The notes under the pieces: generated by a model
What the model saw: only the letters and a program-made list of their open reading frames with translations
What the model was told of the DNA's origin: nothing
Database searches by the model: none
Position numbers and translations under genes: made by a program
In this document: positions 44,711-55,197 of the stretch, piece by piece
How positions within the stretch are numbered: position 1 is the stretch's first letter
Layout: each line of letters begins with the position of its first letter
Source: an uncultured Planctomycetota bacterium
Lineage (GTDB): Bacteria; Planctomycetota; Planctomycetia; Gemmatales; Gemmataceae
Assembly (NCBI GenBank): GCA_963849325.1
Contig: CAWKHF010000003.1
Span: 96,001 to 160,000, forward strand
Direction of reading: 5' to 3'
DNA length: 64,000 nucleotides

Positions 44711-46467
44711 ATGATGCGGGAGCATTGGTTCCTCTGTCGCTCCGTGATGGTCCTGCTTCTGGTGGTCCACGCCCTGCTTTTGCTGTACAGCCTCCGCCAT
44801 CAGTTCGCCACCCGCAACGAAGTCGCCCATGTGCCTGCCGGCCTGTCCATCTGGCAAACGGGCACTTTCAGCCTGTATCGCGTCAACCCGCCACTGTCAC
44901 GCATGACGGCCGTGCTGCCGGTCCTCCTGGCCCAGCCTAACACCGGCTTCGCGGATCTCAGCGACGCACCGGGATTGCGGCAAGAGTGGGACGCCGCCCA
45001 TCGCTTCGCCGACCTCAACGCCTCGGACTACATGCACTTGATCCGCCTGGCTCGCCTGGCTGGCATCGCCTGGTCGCTGCTGGGAGGATGGCTGGTTTAT
45101 CGATGGGCCGGCGAACTCTATGGCAGACGTGCCGGCCTTGTCGGACTCACCTTATGGTGCTTTGGACCCAACATCCTCGCCCATGCCCAGCTTGTGACCC
45201 CGGACATACCGGCGACCGTCAGCGGATTGGCCGCCACCTACGCTTTCTGGAATTACCTGCGGCGCGGCACCTGGTCGGCCGCCCTGCTGGCCGGGTTGCT
45301 GTTGGGCGTCGCCCAGCTCACCAAGTTCACCCTGCTGGTCCTCTATCCGGTCTGGGCGCTTCTGGGCTTGCTCTACGGCCTGGTCCTGAATAACCGCGCC
45401 TGGCGGGATGTGCCGCTACGGGTGAAGATGGCGGAGGGGTTGTGCGTCGTCCTTTTGAGTCTGCTGGTGCTCAACGCCGGCTATGCCTTCGACGGCACTG
45501 GCACGCCGCTAGGCGAGTACCATTTCGTCAGCCGCCTGTTCAACGGTATCGCCGCGGAGGAGGGCGGCGGTCGCGGCGCGCCGGTGTTGGGCAATCGCTT
45601 CCACGATACCTGGCTGGCCGCCGTTCCGGTGCCGCTGCCAGAAGACTACCTCAGCGGCATCGATTTGCAGCGACGCGATTTCGAGGGGATCATGCCGCCC
45701 TCGTTCCTGGCCGGCGAGTGGCGGCGAGGTGGCTGGTGGTACTACTACCTCTACGCTCTGGCCGTGAAAGTGCCCCTGGGCAAGCTCGCCCTCGTGGGCT
45801 GGAGCCTGGTCCTCTTGGTCCTGCGGCATCCCGCCAACGCACGCTTCTTGGACGAGCTGACGCTGTGGCTACCGGCCCTGGCCGTGCTGGTGCTGGTCAG
45901 CTCGCAGACCGGCTTCAACCACCACATGCGCTATGTGCTGCCGATGTTTCCTTTCGTTTTCATCGCCGCGGCCAAGCTGGGTTACTACCTCCAGGCGACG
46001 CGCTGGAAGCGCGGTTTGGTTGTCGTCGCCCTGCTGCTGGGGTCCGTCGGCAGCAGCCTGAGCGTCTATCCACACTCCCTGTCGTACTTCAACGAGCTGG
46101 CCGGTGGACCCGATAACGGCCATCGCTATCTTCTGGACAGCAACATCGACTGGGGGCAAGACTTGCTCTACCTCAAGGATTGGGTCGAGGCCCATCCGGA
46201 GGCCGCTTCTCTCGGCATAGCCTATCACAACTACATCGACTACCGCGTCTGTGGCGCCACGTTCACAGAAGTGCCGCCGGCCCGCCCTCCAACGTGCATC
46301 CCGAGGAAATGGGGAATGCACGGTTCGGCCCGCATCCGGGTTACTTCGCCCTCGATCTACACAGCCTTAAGACGGCCCCTTACACGTATTTCGAGCGTTT
46401 CCGGCCGATCGCCAAGGCTGGCTACTCGATTTTCATTTACCACATCACGCCCGAGCAGACGGACCAA
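44711..46467 (+). CDS. GT39/ArnT-like membrane glycosyltransferase, 3' end cut by IS5
   Basis: YRVNPPL, LTKFT, YFNELAGG, DSNIDWGQD; reading frame runs into the IS end after YHITPEQTDQ. Confidence 0.85.
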
Positions 46468-47270
46468 GAGCCTATCCGGTTAACCCCATACGCTTGTAAA
46501 TGATGAAGGCGAAAGACATATGCAACAGGGCAATATAGTTCTCGGCCTTCTTGCACCAACGGATCAGAATGCCGCGGAATCGGTTCATCCAACTGTGCGT
46601 CCGCTCCGCCACCCAACGTCTCGCCTTACGGCCCGCCTTCCGCTTCACCTGCTGCGCGGCTCCCTTCTGGGGCGGCAGATGCGTCGTGAAGTAGAATTCT
46701 TCGGCAATCGCTTGCACCTCGTCATAGTCATAGCCCAAGTCCAGGCACAGACCCTGCGGCTCGTCGGGCGTCGGCTCGGGACGCTCCACGGGGATGCTGT
46801 CGAGAGTCTCTTCGACCATCTTCATGTCCGGACGGTTGGCACCGTCCACGGCCAGTCCCACCGGGATGCCCTCGGCCTCGGTCAGCAGGCTGCGTTTGCT
46901 GCCCTTCTTGGCCCGGTCGGTGGGATTTTTGCCCGTCTTTTTCCCCCCCAAGGGGTGCTTGGGTCATGCACCCGTCCATCGACAGCCAGGACCAATCGAT
47001 CCCTTTCCAGTCGTCGTAGGCCATCAAGCCGTGTTCCCAGAGTTCCCGGAAGACGCCGGCCTGGACCCATTCTTGAAAACGATCGTGGGCGGTGGAAGCC
47101 GGGCAGAACTTGGTGGCGTCCAGCGCCTTCCATTGACAGCCGGTGCGGAGCACGAAGAGGATGGCTTCCATGCAGACACGGTCGGGCTTTCGGGGCCGAC
47201 CGCCGCCGAAGCGGTGTGTGTTTGGGTGTTCGGGCAGCAGCGGAGCGATGGCCTCCCAGAGGTCATCGGA
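46468..47270 (-). mobile_element. IS5-family element, two-ORF frameshift type, 5' end missing
   Basis: SDDLWEAI..LRTGCQW; GGGGGGGAAAAAA slippery site ~46937-46949; RWVAERTHSWMNRFR; end GAGCCTATCCGG. Confidence 0.9.
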
Positions 47271-48760
47271 GTAGTCATTCACGGGCCAATTAGAGGTCAA
47301 GCGGCATGAGCATCAACGGCCGGGGTCAGCAACGACGGCAGGACGTGCCTTTCGGCGGCTGCCGCCAGGCACGCCGTCAGGTAATCCCATGCGCCCCGGC
47401 CCCGCTGACGGCACGTCTCCACCACCGACCAGATGCACGACAGGTACTCCCTGCCGTCCATACTCCGCGGGCCGTGACTCTGCTTCCGCCACAACACCCC
47501 ATGACGCACCGCACGCTCCGCCGCGTTGTTCGTCGGCTCGACACCCGACACGAACGCAAACAGGAACAACGACACCTCACACCCCAGCAGTTCGCGGCAC
47601 ACCGCTGCCGTCTTGGCGCAGCCGCACGCCGCCCCCCACGCCAAGACGGCGCGGAAGCGCACGCGAAAGTCCCGCGCGGCGTGCAGACGACCTGCGAAAC
47701 GTATCTTCGTCAACGTCCCGTCACGCACGCGCTTCCACCAGCCCAGCATCTGCCCCGACAAGGCCAACAACTCCTCGCCGACCTCCACGCCGGCGTTCTT
47801 CCGGTCCACCATCGCCTGGAAGTCCCGCCGCAGGTGCGCCCAGCACAACTGATGGCGTTCGTCGGGCAGGTGGTCGTAGACGCGATAACGGTCGGTGGTC
47901 ATCACGCGCCGGTAGTCCGTCCCTACCAGCCGGTCCAGCTCGCGGCGACTGCGGCCGCGGACGACCTGGTAAACGGTGGCCACCGCCGTGACCATCACCC
48001 ACAGCCAACGCCCCCGACCCATCGATGTCTCCTCGACGTTGGCCGGTTGCTGCCGCGTCGCCGCCAGCAACTCGTCCACCGCCGGCCGCAGTTGCCGGCC
48101 GACCTCGGCCTCGATGGCGCAGACCTGTCCGGCCGACAGCGGCACGGCGAACAGGTCGGTCAGCAGGCGGGCGGCCTTGGCCTTGCTCAGCCGGTAGGCG
48201 CCGGTCAACAGGGCGCCGGCGGCCTTCAGGCGTGGCCCGTCCTGGCCGGCCGGCGCCTGCCCGCAGGTGGTGACGCCGCAGCGGGGGCATCTCAGGCGGT
48301 GGCGACGGTACTCGGTGACGACGGGCCGGACGGCCGGCACGTCCCAGACCTGGTGACGTAGCGGCTGGGGGTCGTCGCCGCACAGCGGCAGCCGGCAGCG
48401 GCGGCAGGCCGTGGGTTTGCAGTGTTGGATGGCGTCGGGGTGGTCGGTAAGAGGGCGTTGGCTCTTGGCATGTCCAGTCTGCCCGCCGACCGCACGCCCG
48501 GTGGGCGGGCGGGGCGGGGCGCGTTTGACGGCGGGCGGATCGGAAGAGGGTGGCTTGGAGGAGTTGGTGGAGTTTTGGTTAAGGCGGGCTTCGAGGTCGG
48601 CGAGCCGTTGCTCGTAGTGCCGGATGAGAGCGCAGAGGGCAGCTTGGGCAGCCGGAGGGATTTGCTGCCACAGTTCGTCAGGGATTGGCGGAGCTGCGCT
48701 CATGCAGACTGACGTAGCGATCACGCTAGGACTTGGCAACCTCGCCCCGTGAATGAGTAC
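47271..48760 (-). mobile_element. IS66-family (single-ORF, ISBst12-like) element; transposase 47297-48703
   Basis: TIRs gtagtcattcacggg / cccgtgaatgagtac; NSSKPPSSD, QLCWAHLRRDF, PTNNAAERAVR. Confidence 0.95.
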
Positions 48761-49406
48761 GTACGAATCAGCAGTGTTTGGCCTGATACGCAGCCTCTTC
48801 CCCTACAGCATGAAATGGGGTGGGAAGTTTCGCCCGGACGGCTTCTCCAGCTTGGTGTACTCGAAGACCAACCGCTTGAACGACCTTGAGAAGTGGAACT
48901 GGAGCTACGACTCGAAGTACAGTGAGCGCCACGGCGGCTACGAGTTTGGTGCCGGTGAACACCGCAAGTTATTTGATTATATCCAGGCACTTTCTGAGCA
49001 GAAAGAACTACAGGTAAGGGGCAACCAGCTCGATGCGCACGTTATCATCAGCAATTCGCTAGAACGGAGCAAGAGGAAAGACGCTGCCAAATTCCTGCGC
49101 TGCGAGCATCGTCTGGGCAGGAAAGACCTGGCAGGGTTCAAGCTGGTATTTATGATGGAGCCATTTCTGCTGACGCTCTACGATCAGGTCCGTAGCAACG
49201 AACTAGCGCTCACGAAGCGGTGGGGCTACCTCTCCCAACGGCTCTCGTGGCAGATGCAGCAGGAGAATGCAGACGGTTACGTATTGCTAGACAAAGAGGA
49301 GGCGAACGCATTGGCCGACTGGGTGAGGGGGCAACCACCTGTTGATGATCCGGTTGACATCGTCCATCTTCAGGAAAGCCTTGACGACATGATGAGCGGG
49401 AACTGA
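48761..49406 (+). pseudogene. C-terminal fragment of a PD-(D/E)XK, FokI-like endonuclease
   Basis: KWGGKFRPDG...YDSKYS..GGYEF...RKLFDYI; the apparent ATG lies inside the IS66 TIR. Confidence 0.55.
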
Positions 49407-49532
49407 GTCCGCTGGTGAGGTCCGTTCAATAACGGCCGAAGGCAGTCCTTTCGGGGCGGGGGTGTCCGACGGCCATCGGCCCCCCATCTCTCATCCCCGA
49501 AAGGTTCCTATGACCCTGAAAGGAGCAACCTC

Positions 49533-49973
49533 ATGTCTCAAGACGCGGGCCGTTGCATCGACGGCATCGAAACCAACCGGCACGTTGTTGATTGGAACCA
49601 TCTGGCCTGGCAGACGCTGCAAAGGCTCTCGGGGATGATGGACTTGCCGCTGCTCGGCGAGGAGAGCGAAGAGTTCGCCGTCGTCTCCAAGATCCTCCTC
49701 AAAGGCATCAGGTGTCCGGGCCGGTTCTACGGGAACCCTGGTTTCAGCGTCAGTGCTCCTCCGGAAACTCCCGAGGCTGAGTTCCTGGCCGTCGTCAAGC
49801 GGGCACAGCAGGACTGGCTCAAGCAACTTCGATCCCAGCTCGCCCGCTCCAGCAGCCTCAAGCGAGAACGGAAGCGGCTGAAGCGTCACGAGGTCCATCC
49901 TCTCGTCTGGCGGCTGGTCGTGACGGGAATCCTCCTCTTCAAGGACAGCCAACGGCAACTCTGTATCGCTTGA
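49533..49973 (+). CDS. Hypothetical protein
   Basis: 146-aa ORF with strong RBS gaaaggag. Confidence 0.6.
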   Translation: MSQDAGRCIDGIETNRHVVDWNHLAWQTLQRLSGMMDLPLLGEESEEFAVVSKILLKGIRCPGRFYGNPGFSVSAPPETPEAEFLAVVKRAQQDWLKQLRSQLARSSSLKRERKRLKRHEVHPLVWRLVVTGILLFKDSQRQLCIA

Positions 49974-50132
49974 GGCAATGCCGTCGGCTGCGTGCAACAC
50001 CGGTGACCGCGAGGCCCGGAACCAAACCTCGCTCGCGACCTCCTCGGCAGGAGTCGTGAGGTGGCAACCGTCCGCCAACACTACCACAGCAGATGATCTT
50101 CTTTCAGCAGCAGTAGAAGAATCTTTTTCCAG

Positions 50133-50229
50133 CATGGGACACCAACGACACCAGAACACATGGGAAATGGGACACCACTCACATGACGGACACATGGGAC
50201 TGGAATATACATGGGACACCAACGACACC
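50133..50229. repeat. Iteron-like ATGGGACA repeat cluster
   Basis: 20-bp direct repeat catgggacaccaacgacacc at 50133 and 50210, with three partial copies between. Confidence 0.75.
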
Positions 50230-50388
50230 CGTTCCGGGTGACGAATCATCACCGGCACGGGGACAACGATGGCTCTGGGTCATCCATCACTGATGCGGGT
50301 ACCAAGTCCGAGGGGGCGGGCCGTCGGCCACCGCCGTTCATCGCCCCGCTCCCGGATCACCCTCATCATTCACCCTGGAGCCCGCTAC

Positions 50389-50802
50389 ATGCGAACGATC
50401 CCCTTGAAGAACTCGACCCGCGTAGTGGTCGTAGACGACCAGCACTACCCCTGGCTGTCCCGCTACGAATGGCGGGAGCAACGACGGCCGAAGGCCCGTA
50501 CCACATATGCCGTCGCTTCCATCCCGACCCCGGCAGGCCGCATCGCCACGGTCCCGATGCACCGGCTCATCCTGAATCTGGAACCAGGCGACCCTCGCCA
50601 GGTCGATCACCGGGACCGAAACGGCCCCAACAATCAACAAAACAACCTCCGGATCGCCACCCACAAACAGAACCTGGCGAACGTGGTCCTCCGTCTCGAC
50701 TCAACCTCCCTCTTCAAAGGCGTCAGCTACCACGCCCCCTCTCGTCGCTGGAGAGCCCGCACCGGCGAGAACGGTCACGTCTACCTGGGCATGTTCACCT
50801 GA
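50389..50802 (+). pseudogene. Phage-type HNH-AP2 homing endonuclease, truncated by IS21
   Basis: MHRLIL, VDHRDRNGPNNQQNNLR, FKGVS..RWRAR..YLGMF then a stop supplied by the IS end. Confidence 0.85.
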
Positions 50803-52150
50803 TGAACGACAACTATAATTCCCGCCCGACGACACTTAGAATTCCCGATCCAGTCCGACGACTCGCGCTCGTCAACGACACTTAGAATTCCTGATTTGCG
50901 AGCCACTGTTCATCATCGAGTGCCCTTCCTCCCGGAGGTTCTCGATGATCACCGATCAGCAAGTGCGGAGGCTCCGGCACCTCCAACGGCAAGGAGTTGC
51001 CAAAGAGGTCGCCGCAGCCCGCGTTGGCATGGATGCCAAGTCGGCGCGAAAATATCGCCGCCTCGGCCAGCTGCCCAGCGAGGTCATCAGCATGGACAGG
51101 AACTGGCGAACACATCCGGATCTCTTCGCCGAGGTCTGGCCCGAACTCGAAGAGAAGTTGCAACGCCACCCCGGACTGCAAGCCAAGACCCTTTTTGTCG
51201 CGGTTGCCGCTGGAGAAGAGTTGGCCGGCGTTGGATTTGAAGCGGCTGCCGGCCAAAGTGGTGCAGCAGGCGCGGACGCTGTTGGAGGGATCGTTTCTGG
51301 ATCGCTGCGAGAACGTGCTGGTGTTTGGGCCGCCGGGTTCGGGGAAGACTCATTTGCTCTCCGCGGTATCTCAAGAGCTGGTGCGTTCGGGCCGGCGTGT
51401 GCTGTCGCGAAAGTGCAGCCTACTGGTGCAGGATCTGTTGGTGGCCAAGCGGGATCTGAAATTGTCGTCGCTGCTCAAGCGTCTGGCTGGCTACGAAGCG
51501 TTGCTCGTGGACGAACTGGGCTATGTGCAACAAAGCCGAGAGGAGATGGAGGTTCTGTTCACGCTGCTGGCGGAGCGTTACGAGCGGGGCAGCGTGCTGC
51601 TGACGAGCAACCTGCCGTTCTCGGGCTGGGAAGCGATCTTCAAGGATGCGATGACGACGGCGGCGGTGATCGATCGACTGGTCCACCACAGCGTGATCGT
51701 CGAGTTGAACCTGCCGAGCTACCGCGTGGAGCAAGCCAAGAAGGCCAAGCAAAGTCGTCCGTCCGAGGCAGGAGAATCGGCAAGCGGCCCGGAGCCAGGG
51801 AAGCCGTAGGCAAAAGTCGCGACGCGGGGCGTGTACAAGTTGGATTTTCGGAGGCATAGCTCGGGTGTCCGATGGGGGAAAGCGGTCCCCACCACCGAAG
51901 TGGTGGAGGACCGCTGTGGTGATGCCCATCGGCCCACCGTCGGCCGGGTTATCCCTTGGTCGGGTTGCGTCCCCGCAGAGCCCGCCTCCGTTTCACCCGG
52001 CGCGAAGAGGGTAGCCGCAAGGGGGCCAGCCGAGCAAGCCCGACTGACGTGCGAATCGGGAAAAGTAAGTGTCGTTGGACCCCTGCTTGCCGGGAGGGCA
52101 ATCGGGAATTCTAACTGTCGCGGGTAGGGAAAAATAAGTGTCGCTTGACA
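50800..52150 (+). mobile_element. IS21-family element with internal deletion (istA 5' part joined to istB 3' part)
   Basis: TG...CA ends; three cgacacttagaattccc-type repeats at each end; IstA N-terminus (GMDAKSARKY...LQAKTLF) joined to IstB (GPPGSGKTHL, VDELGY, LTSNLPF, IDRLVHH). Confidence 0.92.
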
Positions 52151-52439
52151 GGCGGTTCTGATGATGGGGGCGGTTTCCGGGACCACGCCGACCCTGGACG
52201 TGAAGATGCAGGAGTCGGACGACGACACCACCTGGACCGACATCACCGGAGCCACCTTCACCGAGGTGACCGCGACCGACCAGGAGCAGCGAATCCGCTT
52301 CCTCCGCTCGAAGCGGTACTGCCGAGCATTCGCGACCATTGGCGGCACTACCCCGAGCTTCGACGCCGCGGTGGAAGTCCTGGCCCAGGCGAAGTACGTC
52401 GGCCAGGGCGGCGGCTACGACCGCTCGCCGGCGGCGTAA
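52151..52439 (+). pseudogene. Phage capsid cement/decoration-like gene, 5' truncated
   Basis: GTTPTLDVKMQESDDDTTWTDITGATFT...KRYCR resembles Bbp16-like genes that follow major capsid genes. Confidence 0.6.
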
Positions 52440-52471
52440 TCGGTCGCTGGGCAACCATCTCCTTGGTTGGG

Positions 52472-52507
52472 GCCAGTCGTCTGCGGCAAGGCGGCTGGCT
52501 CCTTTTT
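52472..52507 (+). terminator. Intrinsic terminator-like hairpin
   Basis: gccagtcgtc / ggcggctggc stem followed by tccttttt. Confidence 0.5.
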
Positions 52508-52522
52508 CATGCGGAGGCGGCG

Positions 52523-53362
52523 ATGGACGGCGGATTCCCCGACTTCACCCAGCCGATGGATATGGAGCAGTTCGCGGGCTTCACCCTGGATTCCCTGGCC
52601 CCACAAGCCAGAGCCTTGATCGAGAAGTACCTGGGCCGGAAGATCATGCAGGACACATACACCGAGTTCTACGCCGGCACGGGCCGTCAGCTCCTCGTCT
52701 TGCGGCAGCGGCCGGTCCAGTCCATCCCGTCGCTCTACGTGGACGAACTCGCGTATTGGGGGGACGCTCCAGGCTTCTTCGACAATTCCACCCTGCTCGT
52801 CGAGGGGACCGACTTCGCCCTGGACCGGGACCAGTCGGACGGCTCCTCCCGCTCGGGCCTGGTCTACAAGATCAACGGCTACTGGCCCCGGCCCGTTACG
52901 CAGGCCTACGGAGAGATCACACCGGCTTTCGGACGCATCGGCAACATCAAGGTCACCTACGTCGCCGGCTACGAGACAGAGCCGCACGAGGAGGTCTTCT
53001 CCCGAATCGACTGTACCCGCTGTGCGAACTGCTGCAAGACGATCCAGCCGGGCTTCACCGAAGAGGATGTTTTCAGGATCGCAGCCCATCTGGGCGTGTC
53101 CGAGGAGAGCTTCATCGCCTCCTACCTGGAGATCGACCCGGAAGAAGGCGATTATCGGACCAGGGGAACCCCGTGCCCGTTCCTCGGCGGGGATGATCGC
53201 TGCACCATCTACGAGGTGAGGCCCGAGGCGTGCCGGGACTTCCCGCACACGGACAAGGAGGAATTCACGAGGAGAGTCTATCTCCACGCGGCGAACACGC
53301 TGTCCTGCCCGGCGGCGTACCACGTAGTCAGGGGACTGCGGCGATCCCTCCGGCGTCGGTAG
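52523..53362 (+). CDS. Chimeric ORF: phage head-tail connector-like N-part fused to YkgJ-type Cys-cluster domain
   Basis: IEKYLGR..TEFY.GTG...L.LRQRPVQSI...GNIKVTYVAGY directly followed by CTRCANCC...CPFL..RCTIYEVRPEACRDFP. Confidence 0.7.
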   Translation: MDGGFPDFTQPMDMEQFAGFTLDSLAPQARALIEKYLGRKIMQDTYTEFYAGTGRQLLVLRQRPVQSIPSLYVDELAYWGDAPGFFDNSTLLVEGTDFALDRDQSDGSSRSGLVYKINGYWPRPVTQAYGEITPAFGRIGNIKVTYVAGYETEPHEEVFSRIDCTRCANCCKTIQPGFTEEDVFRIAAHLGVSEESFIASYLEIDPEEGDYRTRGTPCPFLGGDDRCTIYEVRPEACRDFPHTDKEEFTRRVYLHAANTLSCPAAYHVVRGLRRSLRRR

Positions 53363-53525
53363 GACGCACCCCTCTCATCATCAATGATAGATCTTCCCCG
53401 CCACAGTCAGTCCCTTTCTTCGAGCAAATCTCGAACAGGGCAGCGTTACCGGGATACCCTCATCTTGCAGGGCTTCCCTCGTGGCAGGGCGGCTGCCACC
53501 TATCCGCGACCCAGCACCTTCTCAA

Positions 53526-53920
53526 TCAGCCTCCGATCAGAATTCGGCTGGCGCCGTAGTCCTCGACGAACGGCACCTTCTTGGCATAGAAGAAGCACAA
53601 CGACGCTTCGGGACGAAGGTGGCCAGCGAAGCAGTCAAGAAGCGCTCGGTGGTTCTGGTGGTCCTGAACCCAGTCGGCCTTGAAACCCATCAACTTTTTC
53701 GCTTGGGCTTCACGGTCAATCTGCACGTCGAGCGCATGTTGCTCACCTAGCTTGGCCATCTCCTCGATCAGCATCCACGCGAACGGAATGGCCGCTGCCG
53801 AGTACGGTGGATGCCGGAGCGGGGTTGCGGCGAAGTGTCCATGAGCGCAGTCAGGGCCGCGGTTGTAGGGGTGATCCTTGGTCTTCGTGTACTCGAACGG
53901 GGCCATGAAGCCGACACGGG
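53526..53920 (-). pseudogene. Internal fragment resembling the N-terminal domain of large RecD-like helicases
   Basis: FMAPFE...HPY...HPPYSAAAIPFAWML...WVQ...SLCFFYAKKVPFVED..RILIG; no native start or end. Confidence 0.5.
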
Positions 53921-54149
53921 AGTAGGTCAGAAAGATGCTCTTGAGCAACAGGCCGAGAATGCCCCCGGAGACCGAGGCAAAGCCGCATGGTGTAGTATAG
54001 CCGCTGGTGCCGGAACGTCACCGCAAGGCCATTTCGCACAAGGAGCTTTCCCGATTGGAGAAGGAGGGGCGAGGGTTGGACGAACAGCTTCAAGAGGTGA
54101 GCAAGCGGAAAGACCACTCGTTCAGGATCAGCTCTCCGGACCCTCCGGC

Positions 54150-54635
54150 GTCACCTGGTCTTACAGCCAGCTGACCACCTTCATGCGGTGCCCGCTGCAG
54201 CACTTCTTCCGCGATCTGCTCCGGCTGCCGGAACGGTCCACGTCCGGTCCCCTGGCCCTCGGTTCCGCCGTCCATCAGGCCCTGGCACGGTTCCACCGCT
54301 CGGTACAGCAGGGCCGGCCGATCCCACCCCCCGCAGTACGCGACGCTTTCCTGGCGTCCTGGAAGGAGCGGCTGGTGGTAGCCCCACAGCGGGGCGAACC
54401 GCTGGTCGCCAAGTACCGCAACCCCGACAAGCTGCTGGCTTCGATCCCCTTCGCCGAGAAGCTCAAGAGCCTCCCCCGGCTACCGTTCGTGGGTGAACTC
54501 TCATTCCGGGACATCATAGACGTGCTGAAACGGCAACGCCGGTTCTTCACCGCCCCGGAGCGGAAGCTCATCGACCTGACCTCCCAATACCTTGAATACA
54601 AGATCGCCACCATCTCCCGTTCGGCGGGTTCCTGA
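54150..54635 (+). pseudogene. PD-(D/E)XK (RecB/Cas4-like) N-terminal fragment fused to an unrelated tail
   Basis: SYSQLTTFMRCPLQHFF...GSAVHQAL; nuclease core motifs absent. Confidence 0.6.
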
Positions 54636-54716
54636 TCGGTCGTCCAGGGTTCTTCGGTCCAGCCGTCGCTCTTCTTCTACCTTTCCCGTCCGCCATTTTT
54701 CCAGCAGCCGTACTCA

Positions 54717-54805
54717 GAGGCTCTACCAAAATGTGGCAACACGTTTTCAACGTGTTGGATTGTACGGCACGTTACAAACGTGCCGCCACATTCGGTTCGT
54801 GCCTC
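54717..54805. mobile_element. 89-bp MITE-like element, copy 2 (inverted relative to copy 1)
   Basis: GAGGCTCTACCAAAAT...ATTCGGTTCGTGCCTC; flanks TCA/TAA. Confidence 0.8.
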
Positions 54806-54832
54806 TAAACCGCCAGGGACGTGCCGATTGCG

Positions 54833-55186
54833 ATGCCCTCTCCCCGCGCTTCGCTACCCCGCATCCGCGGAACCCAACTCGGTCTGCGGAACAGGTTGCT
54901 TATCGATCAACTCAAGTCCGATATGCAAACCGGCCGTTACGCCTTTCCAGAGCACCGCGGTCAAATTGCGGGTGTGCGCGATCGCCGGGGCACTTATTAT
55001 GTAGTGGAGGGACATCATCGCATGGTGGCGGCGATGGAGCTGTTTGACGATACGGGAGATGCGGCGGCGGTCCTTGAGCTGCTGCGCTGGGGTCGATGGA
55101 CGGACGTTATCCGATCGCCTTCCGACCATCGCCCTTTGCCGTCGCGCGAGTGGTGGGGCGCCTTCCGCAACTGGCTCGGTTGGTGA
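54833..55186 (+). CDS. Stand-alone ParB/Srx-like domain protein
   Basis: IDQLKSDM..G...YYVVEGHHRMVAA. Confidence 0.65.
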   Translation: MPSPRASLPRIRGTQLGLRNRLLIDQLKSDMQTGRYAFPEHRGQIAGVRDRRGTYYVVEGHHRMVAAMELFDDTGDAAAVLELLRWGRWTDVIRSPSDHRPLPSREWWGAFRNWLGW

Positions 55187-55197
55187 ACGGGAAGGGA

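Noticed and set aside
50806-50893. cgacacttagaattccc repeats as a mini CRISPR array
   Set aside because: They are mirrored in inverted form at 52060-52150 and are IS21 terminal repeats; spacing is irregular and no cas genes are present
54150-54365. Cas4 gene implying a CRISPR system
   Set aside because: Only the N-terminal PD-(D/E)XK-family motif is present; no array or other cas genes
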